Shown here piece after piece: positions 1 to 17,657 of a stretch of DNA of 53,853 nucleotides. Below the pieces are notes generated by a model that was not told where the DNA came from, searched no databases, and saw only the letters and a list, made by a program, of their open reading frames with translations. Origin of the DNA: Toensbergia leucococca (lineage: Eukaryota); assembly GCA_022813965.1 (NCBI GenBank), contig JALDZS010000067.1, positions 62,001 to 115,853 of the forward strand. Reading direction: 5' to 3'. How positions within the stretch are numbered: position 1 is the first letter of the stretch; each line of letters opens with the position of its first letter. The position numbers and the translations under genes are program-made.

Positions 1-132
1 AAGCACTAGCCCTCTTCTCTTTCGCTGTTCGCTGCTGTTCGAGTGTGCAGGTCTCGCTCTCTGGTTTTCGGTTTTTGTGGCTCGCCATATCTCTCTATTT
101 TTGAGTACAGCGCAGCGTGTAAGCACGCTACA

Positions 133-2449
<2,317 letters not shown>

Positions 2450-2817
2450 GGCATTCCGAACTAAAGCTCCAAATTCGGGAGTGATTGTTCCATGGTCATG
2501 TACTTTCACCAAGCCCAGCTCAATAGTGGGCGTTTGTCTTTGTTATGCGGATGTCTGCTCTACACGGATTAATTACCGCCTTAATTTCCAGACATATCGA
2601 TTCACATAGGCGCTTTACATATTGGATATATTTGTAATGTGCTTTTAGCGGTGCGAGGGATGGAAAAGCAGTATCCGTATATAAGTGGTCAAGCAGAGAA
2701 GTGTACAGGCATTGCGAAATCAGTTCTGTATCGACGAAATCTACTGGTATTTAGGGACACAGTTGTGATAGAGTAGGCACTAGGCACGAGTACGAGTACT
2801 CGTGCCATTGGTGCATG

Positions 2818-2882
2818 ATCATATGATAAGGTATGATTGAGAACACAGGCACGACTTCGAGAGCCGGGAGCATGATTTCCCG
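2818..2882. promoter_or_regulatory. Candidate sterol/azole regulatory sites of cyp51: palindromic SRE-like ATCATATGAT and CGG-N12-CCG
   Basis: ATCATATGAT at 2818-2827 and CGGGAGCATGATTTCCCG at 2865-2882 lie 170-230 nt upstream of the cyp51 ATG. They resemble the SrbA and AtrR sites described for Aspergillus cyp51 promoters. Confidence 0.5.
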
Positions 2883-3026
2883 GCATTTGGCATTTCTGGG
2901 ACCGAGGGACCTGCGCTAGCCTCGCCCCTTGAATTGTTTTCATTACACTGAGATCTTTTGTCGCTTCAATTCAGAATATAATTCTCTTCTCGAATGATTC
3001 TCGTAATCCCTTGTCGAACTCAATAG

Positions 3027-4818
<1,792 letters not shown>

Positions 4819-5179
4819 TGTGGCTTTGTTGGTATAGATGTGGGCTTTTGATGGGTTTGGGAGTCGCGGAGAGTTGCGGCATGGTCTCAATAATGCCACT
4901 TTATTCTGCATGTCTGGGAAGAACAAGGAGCATGTACATAATAAGTACATAGACCACTGCGACCTCCAGACCTGTTTGGTCAACGCTTTTGTACACCTGG
5001 GGCCCTCCGTATCTAATACATTGTCCCCACAAGTTAACTTCCAAAATCCCCCGTCTTCCCTCACCGACAACATCCACACTTTCAAACCATCGACTCGTAC
5101 ATGGAAGATAAAAATTTAGAACGTACCCATCCAAACGCCTTAACCACCCTGAATCAACCCCCCCCTCCGGGGGAAACCC

Positions 5180-7030
5180 TCATTCCCTCTGACTCATATG
5201 ATTCGGCAAATTCCACGCCGCGTAATCCAAATGCACAAACGCCCGCTCCACCCTCGGCACGCTCTCGAGCACATACTGCAGACTCTCGCCCAAATCGTGG
5301 CTGTCCCGCAGACTCATCCCCTCATCCAACACGACATCTACCTCCACATTCAGCATGTCCCCGGTGTGATAGGCTTGCAGGCCTTGGATGGCTTTGATGG
5401 TGCGGGCAAAGCGCATGGTAAGGTAGAGGAGGAGGGCACGGTCCGAGGACGGCGCCGCGAAGCCGGTTAGGTGACGGATGTGGGTTGTGCTGGTGCGGGC
5501 CCAGTTGATGATGACGTAGAGGGAGAGGAGGAGGCCGCCGAGGGCGTCGAGGTACCAGATCCGGAAGTAGTATCCTACTACAAGGGGGGTTAGTGTGTCT
5601 GGTTTTTCTATTTCTCTTTGTGTTACGTTGTTTTGGGTGGGGGAGCATTTTTGGCGGTGATTAGGAACTTTGGGAAAGGGAAAAAGATACCGAGAGGGAA
5701 TATTATGCTGAAGATATTGAAGACGACGTCTGTCATTGCGTCTTGAGCCAGGGCCTGAACGCTGGAATTGTTGATCAGGCGGCACCAGAGCCAGCAGCCG
5801 AACTTAATAAGAACGGTACTACTCATGATGATGATTGCTGGGAGGCCGAGTTCGACTATCGAGTGATCGTCAGAAGTAAGACGTTGGAAGCATTGGAGCG
5901 CGACTTGGAAGAAGGCGGTGATCATGATGATGCTGAAAATTAAGACTCCAACAGGCTCGAGACGCCGGCGGCCAACGGGATACGAATATTCGTCTTGGCG
6001 GGAGATAATACGGGTGGTAGTCCAGACGATGGCGGTGCTGAGAAAGTCAAGGGCAGCGTCGACAAGGGAGGCGAGGACGGAGAGGGAGCTAGTAAGGACG
6101 ATGACAACGATTTTACCGGCGAGGAGGATGGCGTTTGCGGCGAGGTTGATATATATGGCTACTGTGACGACTGGGCTTTGGCCGTCGACGCCGTCGTCTT
6201 CGGCAGCTTCGTGTTCTGACGCTTTGGGGTGGTCTTTGCCATTACCGGAGTCGAGGAGGCGAGTTTCTTCATCGGGAAGCTTGTACATGGCTTTGGGGGT
6301 ACGTTTAACCTTTACATTGGTGCTGTAACCGTCTGGGATGGCCTTGTCTATAGACTGGATAGATCGGTCTGGTTCATCGGCTGGAGAGGTAGAGCCAGAG
6401 GCCGAATTTTCGCTGATTGTGTGGGGGATTTCGACATTGGGACTTGCAGGTTGGACTGGTTGGTTGTATTCTTGTATTAGATTGTGGGGCAGGGAGGAGT
6501 CGAGGAGTCGGTCGATGTAGAGGTACTGTGAGATGAGGTAGTTGTTGCGTTCGTAGTATTGGCGTCTGGATGCAGTCGGATCAGTTCGTGTAGTGTGTAA
6601 GGAAACTAGGCAATCTACATGGGCTTCTTCATTGTCTTCAGCTCCTCCTCTGTCTTGTAATACTGCTCCCTATTGAGTATCAGAGCCGTCTTTCTAATCA
6701 CGCTCTAGTTCCTACTGGCAGTGTTCTTCTGGCATACCATTTATATCTCGGATTGTTATTCCCAATCAAGCGCATACTTCTCATCTGCGGCGTCATCAAG
6801 ATATGTGCCCCATTGCTGATCCTTGAATCCCTCTCCAAGTCAGACTCTTCATTTGGATCTTGGTACATAGACTGCCTTCTTGCCGGCCCCAATTGGCCTA
6901 TAGAGGATCGGCGCTGAATGAGAGATGGTAGCCTTTGACCGCGGGTTGAGACGACGTCTTCGGAAAGCGGAAGGAATCCACGAAAGGAGCCAACGCGGAA
7001 GCTCTGCGGTCTTGGTGTCGGCGACGACAT
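5180..7030 (-). CDS. Cation diffusion facilitator metal transporter (Mn-CDF/MTP-like)
   Basis: Spliced, with exons approx. 7030-6738, 6669-6619, 6566-5692 and 5574-5180. Motifs ASLVDAALDFLS, YPVGRRRLEPVG and LAQDAMTD, and a C-terminal ZT-dimer domain (HDLGESLQ..LESVPRVERAFVHLDY). Confidence 0.9.
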
Positions 7031-7514
7031 GATCGCGAAGTGCAGATGGCGATGGAGGGGGAAAGGACGGAAATCTCGACAGGCTTTTCTAGCAGGCCTT
7101 CAGCTTTCGAAGATGAGATGAAGAGAAGAGAGGACAGCCCCGCGACGGGGGGGTGGTGGTGTGTGGGAGAGAGGTGGAAGTTGTCTTGTAAATATCCGGG
7201 GCGCTATTCTAGTTTCCAATTGTGCTTTTTTGAGCCCAAAGTGACATGTGCTGAATATTCTAGTGATAGGGTCGAAGTAGGAACACAAAGCTTGATCTAC
7301 TCCTCGACTACTCCGTATCTTACTACTTTAAGAATGATGGTTGAAACAGTATGTCGTGCTTCTATTGTGATGCTGAGTTTGCCCATTTAAAGCACTACTG
7401 AGCAAATACCTATTGATGACCGTTGTTCAGCCATCTCGAAAAGTCGCAGATCTCGATATTAAAGCCAACCCTCAGCGCTTCCAAATCGCCCCATTTCCCG
7501 ATGACTCCAGACCC

Positions 7515-9289
7515 TTATTCCTCGACGAATTCCACCATGACCGTGCCGTTTTTCAAACCCGCGTTATCGATGCTTTCATCCAAGACCTCTATTAGGTTCT
7601 TCTGCATTGAAATCAACTCGAATTCCACTCCTTCTTTGCCCTCGAGTGGGCTGGCCTTGAGCCACTCATAAATCCTCCTCACTTTGTCTGCTAGGGAGAA
7701 TCTCCTTACCACGCGCCCATTCCGATGTCGGAATTGTATTCGCGTGCTGCCTGCATCAGGCGCTGGCTCAGTGTGTGGACTTGACACAGATATCAAAGAG
7801 TACGGAGATACGGCCGCCACCAAAGGTTGTAAATGGCCATTCGTGTGGGTGCCCTCTGCGTCAGTCATTTCCATATCCTCCTCATCGACCTTACCCTTTC
7901 CTTTCCCAACCTCCCCCACACTCCGTGTCAGATCATCCGGGTCATCTTCTCTTGTGCCTCCATTACTCGCCAGACTGTTCTGCAGGGCCATTTCAAGCAT
8001 CTCCTCCTCTGTCATTCTCTCAACCTCCTTCGTTTTCTTCACTTCTGGCTTGCGCTTTGCCACCGGATTCTTAGCAGAAACTTTCAAGCTATATCTGTCC
8101 AAGAACTCGTGTAATTGCATAAGAAAATCCATTGCTTTTGGAGCCGGTGGACCAGACCAGACTTTTACCTGCTCGCCTGTCCGTGGATCTACGATAGCGA
8201 TATGTGGATAGGCATCTTGACTGTCACGTGCTTGAAAATAATATTGAACATATTGGCTTCCTCTTGGATCATCCTTGGCGTATTGCATGAAGATGAAGTT
8301 CTCTTGTACAGTATCTTTGATTCCGGGGTTCTTCCAGATATCGCGATTGAGTACTTGGCAATCAAAGATTGCGGGATCTTGAATATTAACCAAGATCCAT
8401 TTCTCGCCATCTTTACCTTGCTGTCGTGCATCATCCCACGGTAGGCGTGACATAATTTCAAACGGTGGTCTGTACATTTCTGCTAGTAAGCTGGACTTCG
8501 ACGATGCTTCCGAGGCTCCTGCTGTAGCTTGTGCAAGTCGATCGCGTCGGATATTGGGATCAGTAGCTGTTTCGTTCCAGATGGAAGCTAGATTTGACCG
8601 CTGGTTGAAGATACCTGGTGCTTCTGTTTTTGAGTCAGTAGGTTGATCGAACACAACACTGCCACAGGAGGTGCAATAATACCTTGGCGTCTGGGCGGTC
8701 GTTGTCTAGCACGCATCTGCTCTAATATTGCCGCACGCATGTCATCCTCATCATTTTCATCAAATGATCCCGGGCCAACCAATGTCTCGGTCGTCCGTCC
8801 TATCGGAGCTCTTATGCCATTTTCATCCAGTCCGGTATCAACACCACCGCCCGCGTAGAACTCTTCCTGCAGCCTCCGAGCCATAGCCTCGTCATCGTCT
8901 ATAGCCCCGGAGGCATGAGCTGTTGGCGGCGTCCCGGGTCCCGGGGTAGGTACAGCGGACCTTGGTCTTCCTGTAGCGACTACTCGACGAGAATTGTAGC
9001 CAATGACCTCTGGAACGTCGTCATCAGAGTTTTCCTGGTCGGAATCTAGATGGACGACACCCTGATCATCTTCATATCCTGGCCGGCTCTGTGGCGGGGG
9101 AATTGGCGGAGCTTGTGCAGGAGGTGCTGATGTTGCTGATGCAGGTCCTTCGAGATCAACCCCATCACTAGCAAAGAATAGATCTATTGCTTGCTGAATG
9201 TTTCCATCTGTAAGCCCGAGGTATTGCTCAGCTCTCTCAGGCGTTGAGCCCGTAAACGCGGTGAACTGAGCTAAGGCCTCGTCCTCCAT
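7515..9289 (-). CDS. UBX-domain Cdc48/p97 adaptor (Ubx5/UBXN7-like; UBA-UIM-UAS-UIM-UBX)
   Basis: Exons 9289-8683 and 8623-7515. UBA-like N-terminus, DDEAMARRLQEE, UAS domain (KWILVNIQD..FDCQVLNRDIW), UIM MTEEEMLEMALQNSL, and C-terminal UBX (TRIQFR..GRVVRRF). Confidence 0.88.
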
Positions 9290-10325
9290 ATTGGACTAAA
9301 TTTGCACAGGTAACAGGATGAGTCAATTCTCTTCTCCTCTTAGCTCTCGGACTGGTTAGGTAAGCGCCCCGTTATCAGGAAGGTATTGAAGGTGAAAGCT
9401 TCCGAGTGAAACTTGGGAGTTGAATTTACCCAACTCTAGACGATCACACAGAGTTGTAGCTCTTTGCATACGCATGTGGGCAGTTGCTCTAACGTTTTGG
9501 GATGGTTGAAATTGTTAAGAGGCAATGTTGACTGTTGAGGGAGTTGGTGATTTGGCGGGACTAAATGTTTAAGCATCATGCAAATCTTCGTCATTCATGT
9601 TTGCCTGACGGCTAGGGCTGGGCTGGGCTCGGTTTTGTGACGAAAGTGCCGGGGCCCTAAGTTTCTTGCATAAGGTACCGTACTCTAAGGTACCGTAACT
9701 TTCAGTACATTGATACGGGTGGTGACGTAGAGTACGAGTACGAGTAAACGGAGTAGACACTCATCACGTGACTTGATCTCATGAGGTTGAGGCGCTCATC
9801 AGGTGAGGTACGAGCACCAAAGGCCTCCATGTCAGTATGGCTTCATGTCGCTATTGCAGTACTGTAGTGCTATTTACTTGAGTCAACTTATTCTATTGAA
9901 GTTCCCCCCCTCAAATGGATTAAATCACCGTTCACCCTACCCGTACATTGCTGGAGATATTCGAGGTGAGCGGATGTCGAACACGTACTTTCCACTATCC
10001 ACGGATGAAAGCAACGTCCATTCACAAGTTCTCACTCTCTGTTCGAAAGCTAGTTTTATTCTTTGATTCCCGACTAGCTCCTACTCCGCGAAGTTGCCTT
10101 CTGTGCTCAAATAGCCTGCAGTAGAATCCTTCATGCACCTGCTAATAGTTCCTGGACCATGTCGCTGAGCTTATGAATTCGAAATTGTTGTTAGGAGAAG
10201 CTGAAGTGGACCCTACTAAGGTAAGCATTACACTGTACGATGGTCGCTCTCGACCGATTTACCCACATTGGTAAACCTATGGACGTACGTTCAATTGTCC
10301 GAATTATCCTAGAACATCCAGTAAG

Positions 10326-13300
10326 TTATGTTTCGAGTGCCTTCTTCGCAAGGTCTAAGCTTTGCTGCACTGTAATTGAAGGTTCTTGTTGTTGTGCCTC
10401 TGCGATCTTTCTCTCGAGTACTGATCTGATACGCTGGCCTCGTCGTGCAAATGAGGATAACGCTATGGCAGCGTCTGCAACCTTGATCCGAGTCTGCTCA
10501 ACTTGATTTGCGGGGCTGAACAAGCTGTTCACAAATTCTATCAAGACACCTTCCAGCGCCTCTGTCATTTGTTCCAAAGCTCCCAATTCTTCGAATAACA
10601 ACTTTTCGGCGTCATAGATCGCGTTCAAAAGGACTCTATGTCCACTACTAGATATAGCTTTCGTCACCAATTCAATACTTTGCGAAAGGCTTGAGATTAG
10701 ATCTGTCAGGCGAGCATTAGCCTCTTTTCGCACTCCTGGTCATTGACGGTACGAACCCAGCTCGTTTCGAGACTTGGGGTGTATTGATTTTAGAAGGGTT
10801 GCTAAAGCAGTAGCTAGAGTTTCCTCGGAACTATTCACCTCATTAGTACCTCTTTGGGGAACAAGATAGTCCAACAATGGAGAGTAATTTCAACTTGCAT
10901 CGATTTTGAAGAAGGACCTCCTGTAGGCGAATCAATGTCCATGTCGCCCGAACCACTCAATGCCTCTTGTATGACCGGCTCCGTGATCTCATATACCTGC
11001 GGATACATGTCCACAGAATCCCGTAGTTCAACGAACTCGCCAAGGCATGCCAGTGCATGTTGACGGTACCTAGGATTATTTCTCTTGCTTTCTCGTATTA
11101 TAATCATCTAGAGAAATGGAGCCGTCAGTCAAAGAGGGCGTACAGTACTGTGCTCGGGAGAGTTCTGTCTTTCCTGGCACTTAGTACCACCAGAGGATCT
11201 AGATATTCGTACCTGCATCTGATCTCCAATTTTCTTATTGACCTTGAGCATCGTGCTGTGCTTTACAAAAGTTATGAATGCTTTCAGCACTGTGTCTTTA
11301 CCTTCCCAAGTTTTCCCACCTACAGCCTTTTCTAGAGCTGGCCAGATGATCTTGGCGTTTGAGTCAGAAATCTCCTCTCCTGAAGAGTCTACAACATCAG
11401 CAATTGCCAAGGCCGATGTGTGCTTCACAGACCATCGTGGTGAGCCTAGATGTTGCGTTACTAAGTCGACGATTTCTCTGAGGTATAGCAGCACTGCACG
11501 AGATCCGCCAACATTTTCACTCCATGTTTCCGAGAACAAAGTTTTTACACGTTCATGAACGTCGTGTTTCGCTACGAAAACGAATGGTAGGATTTCCCCA
11601 GCGAGCGAATTAAAACGGTCCGTTGCGTATTTCGAAATTGCGTGAACCAGATCTCCAGATACAAGTCTCTGGCCATCATCCTCTGCATCGAAGAACAAAG
11701 CTTTGCAATAGTCCATGATTTTGAGAATCTCTCCATCGGATGCTAGCCTCGCAAGATAACCGCAGGCAGCGGCATATGAGGATGAAATGGTATCGTTCCG
11801 GTCTATCACTTGTTTACGAGCAACTCGGAGGAAGTGGTTCGCGTAGTCTTTGAAGATAAAATTGTGCCTCGTCGAGAGCGAGACAAGTACTCGGCTACAC
11901 CCCACCTTGGAGGGGAGTCCAACAGCTGTTTTGATCGCATTTTCTAAGCTGCGTTGGAAGTCAGGCATCAAGTCTTCGTCCAAGAAGTCTAAACAGCGCT
12001 CGATAGCTTCCATCATCGGCGAACCTCTTACCTGGGTCAGGCGGATGTCATCAATCTGTTGCGTAGTCATATTATATTTGTCTGCGTTGAGGTGGATGTA
12101 ATTAATAGCCTGAGGTTCGAGCGAGCTCAGAAGTGCAATCAAATGGCCAACTAGATCTGGAACAAAAGGCCGAAGAGTCTTCCCATTGCTGCTTTTGATG
12201 ATTTGCAAGAGTGTAGATAGAGCAAAAGCCTGAACTTCTTGCGCACTGGACTCTAATCCAGAAGGACTCAGAAGGAACGGTACCACGTTCTTCAGCATAG
12301 CGGCTGCGCTCCGTGCGGACGATTCTCCAGCTTCTAGACTGCGAGTCAAGGTACCTGTCAAGACCCTCGCCAGAGCCATAGCGGCAGTGCGTACAGACTC
12401 TTTAATGTCATCACATACCTAGCTAAAGTTAGTATCCTCCAGATCAAGGAATGTGGAGACAATTTCGCGGTACCTTGAAGGTCAACATCCATATCTGGCT
12501 AAGATACTTCTCATATTTCTCTATCGACCTCCCTTGGACCAAGTCGGCGATTGCAGCGCAACTAGCTTGACGAACCCGCCATTCTTTGCCCAGAATATTT
12601 CTCAGTAGATCATCCATGATGCTATCAAAATACAGATCAATTGTTTTTGAAGGATCTTTAACCAGAGCAGCCCATATATCGTTCATGGAGCTTCTAACAT
12701 TTGAATTCGGATCGAATCGATACCGGAAAAGTGCGGGATACAACTTTGGATTTTCAGCCAAATATCCATCAACGCTTGAATCAGATAGTAGCGTACTGAG
12801 TCCGAAACGCCCAAAGGCAGCACGACTCGACCATATGGCGTTGTTCGAAGCTAACGACATGAACCGGTACACCAGATTGGAATCACCAACTTCGGCTGCG
12901 AGACTCATTATGTCCTTGTATGTCGTAACTGATCCTTCGCCCGTTGGCAGGGCTCCAGCATCGAACAATTCTGTCTCATCAGAGACATTGCCTGCAAGAC
13001 CTGCAGTTGTTCCAGTAAAGGATCCAACTAGATCTCGTATCAGATCATCTTTAAGAGCTTGGTCACCTTTCTTGTACACCAGGGCCAAGCCTCGAGAAGC
13101 AGATTCCTGGTTGAGTAAGTCTCGGTCCGCTAGAAACCCTTTGAAGGCTGCTTGACATTCACGGAGTCTGCTTTGGACCTCTTGGACGTGCCCACAATAC
13201 TCGACGAGACACAAAAGCCAAATTACAGATGCCTGTCTCAGAGCGGGTTTTGTGGTCTTGCAATCTACCAGAATTTTTCTCAGCATGGTTGTCATGGTCA

Positions 13301-16300
13301 GCGTTCGCTCTGGCGCTTGAGGAGGTGCTCCTTCGATGTCTAAAGTTGCAATCAATGCTTTCGAGCCCCATCCAAGGGCGGCGCAGCTTAGGGCCGACCC
13401 GACTGCAAACTGTATTTCCGGCTGTCTGATCTCATGCGCTTTGTACAGCATTTCTATGATTTGACTCAATGTGGAGGTCTTGTGGTGTTCTTCTTTGCAT
13501 TGGGTTGCAAAATAGCCCAGAGCCATGATAGCCTTCTCATCTCCCCCATCGGCTTTTTCTTTCAATTTTCCCATTAGAGATAAAGAGCTGTGCGGTAAAG
13601 GGATTGTAGACGGCAGTAGAATAGCAAACAGACTAAGTTCAGCGACGGCGACAATAGCGGCATTTTGTAGTTCTTTATCTCGGCTATCATTGAGAATGTC
13701 TAGTATGGAGAGAACGAATTTCTGCTGATGGTCCTCATAATCCACTGATAGATTTCCACGACAAGACGATCTACTAAAGCAAAACGCAACAGCGAGGACA
13801 GCGCCTTGGACTTGAAAGACTTCGGAGCCAACGGCTTGACGCCAAGAGTTGATCTTCTGATAGAATGTCTGTAGCAAATTCTTCACTGTGTCTTGCGGAC
13901 TTTCTTTGTGTGATGCTAGGAGGCCGAAGATATGAGATGCAGTAATTTGAAGTGCATGGTCGTTTGCAAAAATTGGATTCCGCAACATAGAGACGTCGTC
14001 TACTATTCCACAAAGCGCAGAGTCGGGGCTCAACGAACACAATTCCAAAAGGTAGTCTCCTGCTCGATTGGAGCCTCCAACAACCTCATTAATCATCCCA
14101 GAGTAAGTGGCGCGGAGGTAGCCTTCCAGCGCCATTCGCTTTTTAGACTTGGTCGTGAACGTTACCCTTAGGTAGTTCCTAAGTATCTCTCGAGCTTCCT
14201 CATTGTTCGTTACCAATGCGTCAAGATTTCGCTCCCAGTCCACGTCGACAATGGGAGCATGATTTGCTGATTCTAAAGCTTCATACAGCAGAATACACCG
14301 GCAGAAGACGATTGCAGGACTGTAGGCGTTTGCCAATCGGCTCCACGCACCGCCGATTGCTGACGTGTTTCCTTCCTCGTTGCGGCCAAAAAAGTCTTCG
14401 ATTAGTTCAGCAAACTTTGGAAATCGATACTTATGGGTCTTTTTCAACTCATCGTTTGCGATAGAATCCTCTTTCGGTGGATTCAACATTCTGTACCAGT
14501 AAGGATCGAGGCCCTTTTTCGCCTCCTCTAAAACTTCACGACGTTCGTCAGGCCCACTTCTCATAGCAAAGATATTGATCCGTCGAGCGGTCGTATTTTC
14601 ATATGAAAGGCAGCGATTAGCAAAGCGCACTGCTACATAACGCGTGCTGCGGACAATCTTAAATTGAGAGTCTTCAACATCGCCAATCTGTAACTGCACA
14701 TGATGGAGAAAAAGGGCTGTCAGAGAAGCTTCAAGCTCTGCATCTAGGTCACCACCAAATGCTCCAAGTACACTACCGAGGGCCTGCTCAATACTAAGTG
14801 AGATATCTTTACCGGAAGGGTCAGTACTCAGAGAATTGAGAAGCCAGCGAAGCAGATCCAGGTTTGGCTCTAGTAGAAGCTCATTTGGACAAGCCATCGC
14901 CAGGAGGCCAATGCTCTCGTAGCCAAAACTCCGTGAGCTCAGTTCGCCAGCGCTAGGCCGAGTGCCGTTGTCGTCAAATTGCGGCCACCCCTGCCTTTCT
15001 ATATAATTTCTAAGGCTGTGCACCAACGTGGGTGCAAAGGCGCTGATTTCAGTGGGAGAGCTAATTCGGGCAAGCCAATTTGTAAACGCAAATATCTGTC
15101 CTCGTAATTTAGATGTTTCTAGACCTTGTTTTTGCGAATTGGGACCAGCATTGCCGTTCCGATTTTCGAGAGGCGCAAGGCCCTCCTCGATGATTTGAGT
15201 ACTTTGAGATACAAAAGATGCAGCCCGCTTGGATCTACCTAGAAAGGCAAGTATCTTAGTTTGTAGAGGAACCCGAGCAGGCAAGGAGCCATCGTCGCCA
15301 CGTGTTCCCAAATATACCTGGAACATATTCGCTAAGAGACTGGGGTCTTCAAGGGAAGTGGTCGGTGTCGTTCTCTTTAGGATGTCGTCCCCGATATCTG
15401 AGAGACGAGAATTCGTATCCGCGGATGCGAAGAGCGCTGGTAAAAAGCGCTCTGAATCAAGGAATGCACCACTAGCGAGGAATCTGGCAGCAATAATCTT
15501 AGTTTCTGCAAGATTCATACCACCGCTAACGTTGGACATCCAGGTATCTTCCTTGCCTTGAAGTTGAAGAAAGCTGCAATCCTCAACACTAAGGCCTTGG
15601 CAATTTCTCATTCCAGATCGATTGGCATTGAATAAAAAGACCTTGCCTAGCCAAGTTGACACAAATTCAGCATCTATAGTCCTCGTGGCAAAACCCAGCT
15701 TTGCCCTCAAACAAGAATCTTCCTCACTCCCGCGCTCAGGCATTTTCATATCATGCAGTAGTTTGAGGAATAAATTGAAGAGCTTCGCGGCGTGTGCCGG
15801 AGACTCCTTGGCATTGATGGACAGGCCATGAAGTATAATAGGGAGTACATCTAGCCGATCCTGGTCAACGACGGATAAGTATGATTTCTTCCAGGGGAAA
15901 TGAGTGCCTTATTGAACATAATAGTACGACAGAAGCTCCGAGCGTCTTTCTGGCATACCAGCCCTCTTATCACGGATGCTGGTCTCGGTTTCAAACAACA
16001 AGTGAATGATGCAAATCGTTCAAGGAGTTCAAAGAAGAGCAACTGGAGCAAATGAAAGTTCTGCCAAAATCAAGTAGAAGAGCTTACTTGTATTGGTAAT
16101 CGATCAATACCCTGTTGAATGTACAAGAGATCAAAGTGACGGACAAGAGAACTTTGATTCTCCTTGAATTGTTTCAATAAGGCACCCACGGGTAATTTGA
16201 TGGATCTAAGGCGTGTGATATCAGTAGGCTATACTCAATTCACGTCTGCTCAGCGAAACAACACACGGTAGTCCCCTCTGTACTTGAGAGGCCAACGGAT

Positions 16301-16722
16301 CGAATGAGTAATCACAGGTCATTGTAGATGATGATGATGATGAAAGAGAAAACGGACCTACGGTGGTTTGATCCTAGTATTGACATGTTGGCAAATTGAA
16401 ATGACCTAGATCGACCTAATCAGCGGCCATGACAATAGAGAACTGAACATGTCTGCCGTAATACCATTCTGCAACTATGGAAAATAGAGAGGCAGATATA
16501 CGTAAATGATAGAGGATATACCAGTCCGAATGACAAACAACGCACCTTGTTACGAACACTCATATAATCGGAGGCCAACTTCAACAACAGCGGAGGAAGG
16601 TATGTTTTGAGAACTGTTTCCAACCTCGTGTCCGAATCTGTCAGTGCAATTCGAAGCTCGACTTTTCCCACCAAGCTCAACTCTCTTGCCTCCGGGGTCT
16701 CGGCTGGCATTGTGGCTGACAT
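10326..16722 (-). CDS. ECM29: Proteasome adaptor and scaffold Ecm29 (HEAT repeats)
   Basis: Starts ELSLVGKVELRIALTD..YLPPLLLKLAS. Also carries YKDIMSLAAEVG..LVYRFMSLA, RAAFG, LFRYRFDPN and EWRVRQASC. About eight exons join in frame, including one GC-AG intron. Confidence 0.93.
16326..16343 (+). repeat. (GAT)n microsatellite in an ECM29 intron
   Basis: agatgatgatgatgatga is directly visible. Confidence 0.7.
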
Positions 16723-17165
16723 ATTGCTGACTTGTTAGAATGATGCTGATTATTGCATGGTGAAGATTTGGAGGGAGCTTTAGGAATTTAGGAATGATGG
16801 AGGAATAGCAGGGGCAAGTATTTTATGGTTCTGATAACCTAAGGCAGACGTTGATTCGTATGGCTTGGTAATGGCTCATTCTATCAACCTGGAAGTATCA
16901 CATGACGTAGGCGGAGGAGTTGAGGATTTCTCTCGATATTCTAGAGGTGCAATTCATTTCCTGACCACATCCTACAATGATGGCCAACGATAGAGGAGTT
17001 TGTTGATTCTTACTCGGTGCCCATGGTCCTGCCCGTGGTCCTGCGGCACACGTACCGATAGATACTCGGTAGACACTCGAGACAATGTCGACTCGTCGTT
17101 TCAAGTTTATTAGGTAGAGATTAAATCCCTGCAATGCGTGCCGAACCGTGTACTCGTACTCTACC

Positions 17166-17215
17166 GAAGCCTATGAGCCTGAGCCTATGGAGCCTATGGA
17201 GCCTATGGAGCCTAT
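17166..17215 (+). repeat. GAGCCTATG 9-mer minisatellite
   Basis: About five copies of GAGCCTATG or close variants lie between the divergent ECM29 and NLR genes. Confidence 0.8.
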
Positions 17216-17657
17216 TACCTACCCTCCTACACTCCTACCCTCACCACTTTACCTTTTCCCCCAGCCCCCCTCGACTTTACCTCGGCACTCGCGCACTGGC
17301 AGTCTGGCACTGCCTGGCACGCCGTACACGCCTGGCTTCTACATCTCATTCAGCTTGTTTCAGCTTGATGCCAAGTAGCAAATCATGTCAGATACTGATA
17401 TGAATGCGCTCCGGTTGGTCCTTGCTTCATACAAGAAGCTTGTCGCTAGCTGTGGAGATGCTCAACTCCGTGAGATGCTTGTATGGTCATCGACTTCCAT
17501 GTGCGCCAAGTACATTGGATGTTATGATATATCCAAGTCTGTTCGTCGCATTGTGATGACATACAAGTCCCGCTAAAGACATCTCCTACTATTTCCTTAC
17601 TGTTGCTGTTGCCGTTGCCGTTGTCGTTACCGTTGCGCGAATCTACCTGCTATCGCC

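Noticed and set aside
17148..17576. Small ORFs as an NLR effector or amyloid partner
   Set aside because: No HeLo/HET domain or amyloid-like pattern is present. One ORF lacks an ATG start and is driven by the minisatellite.
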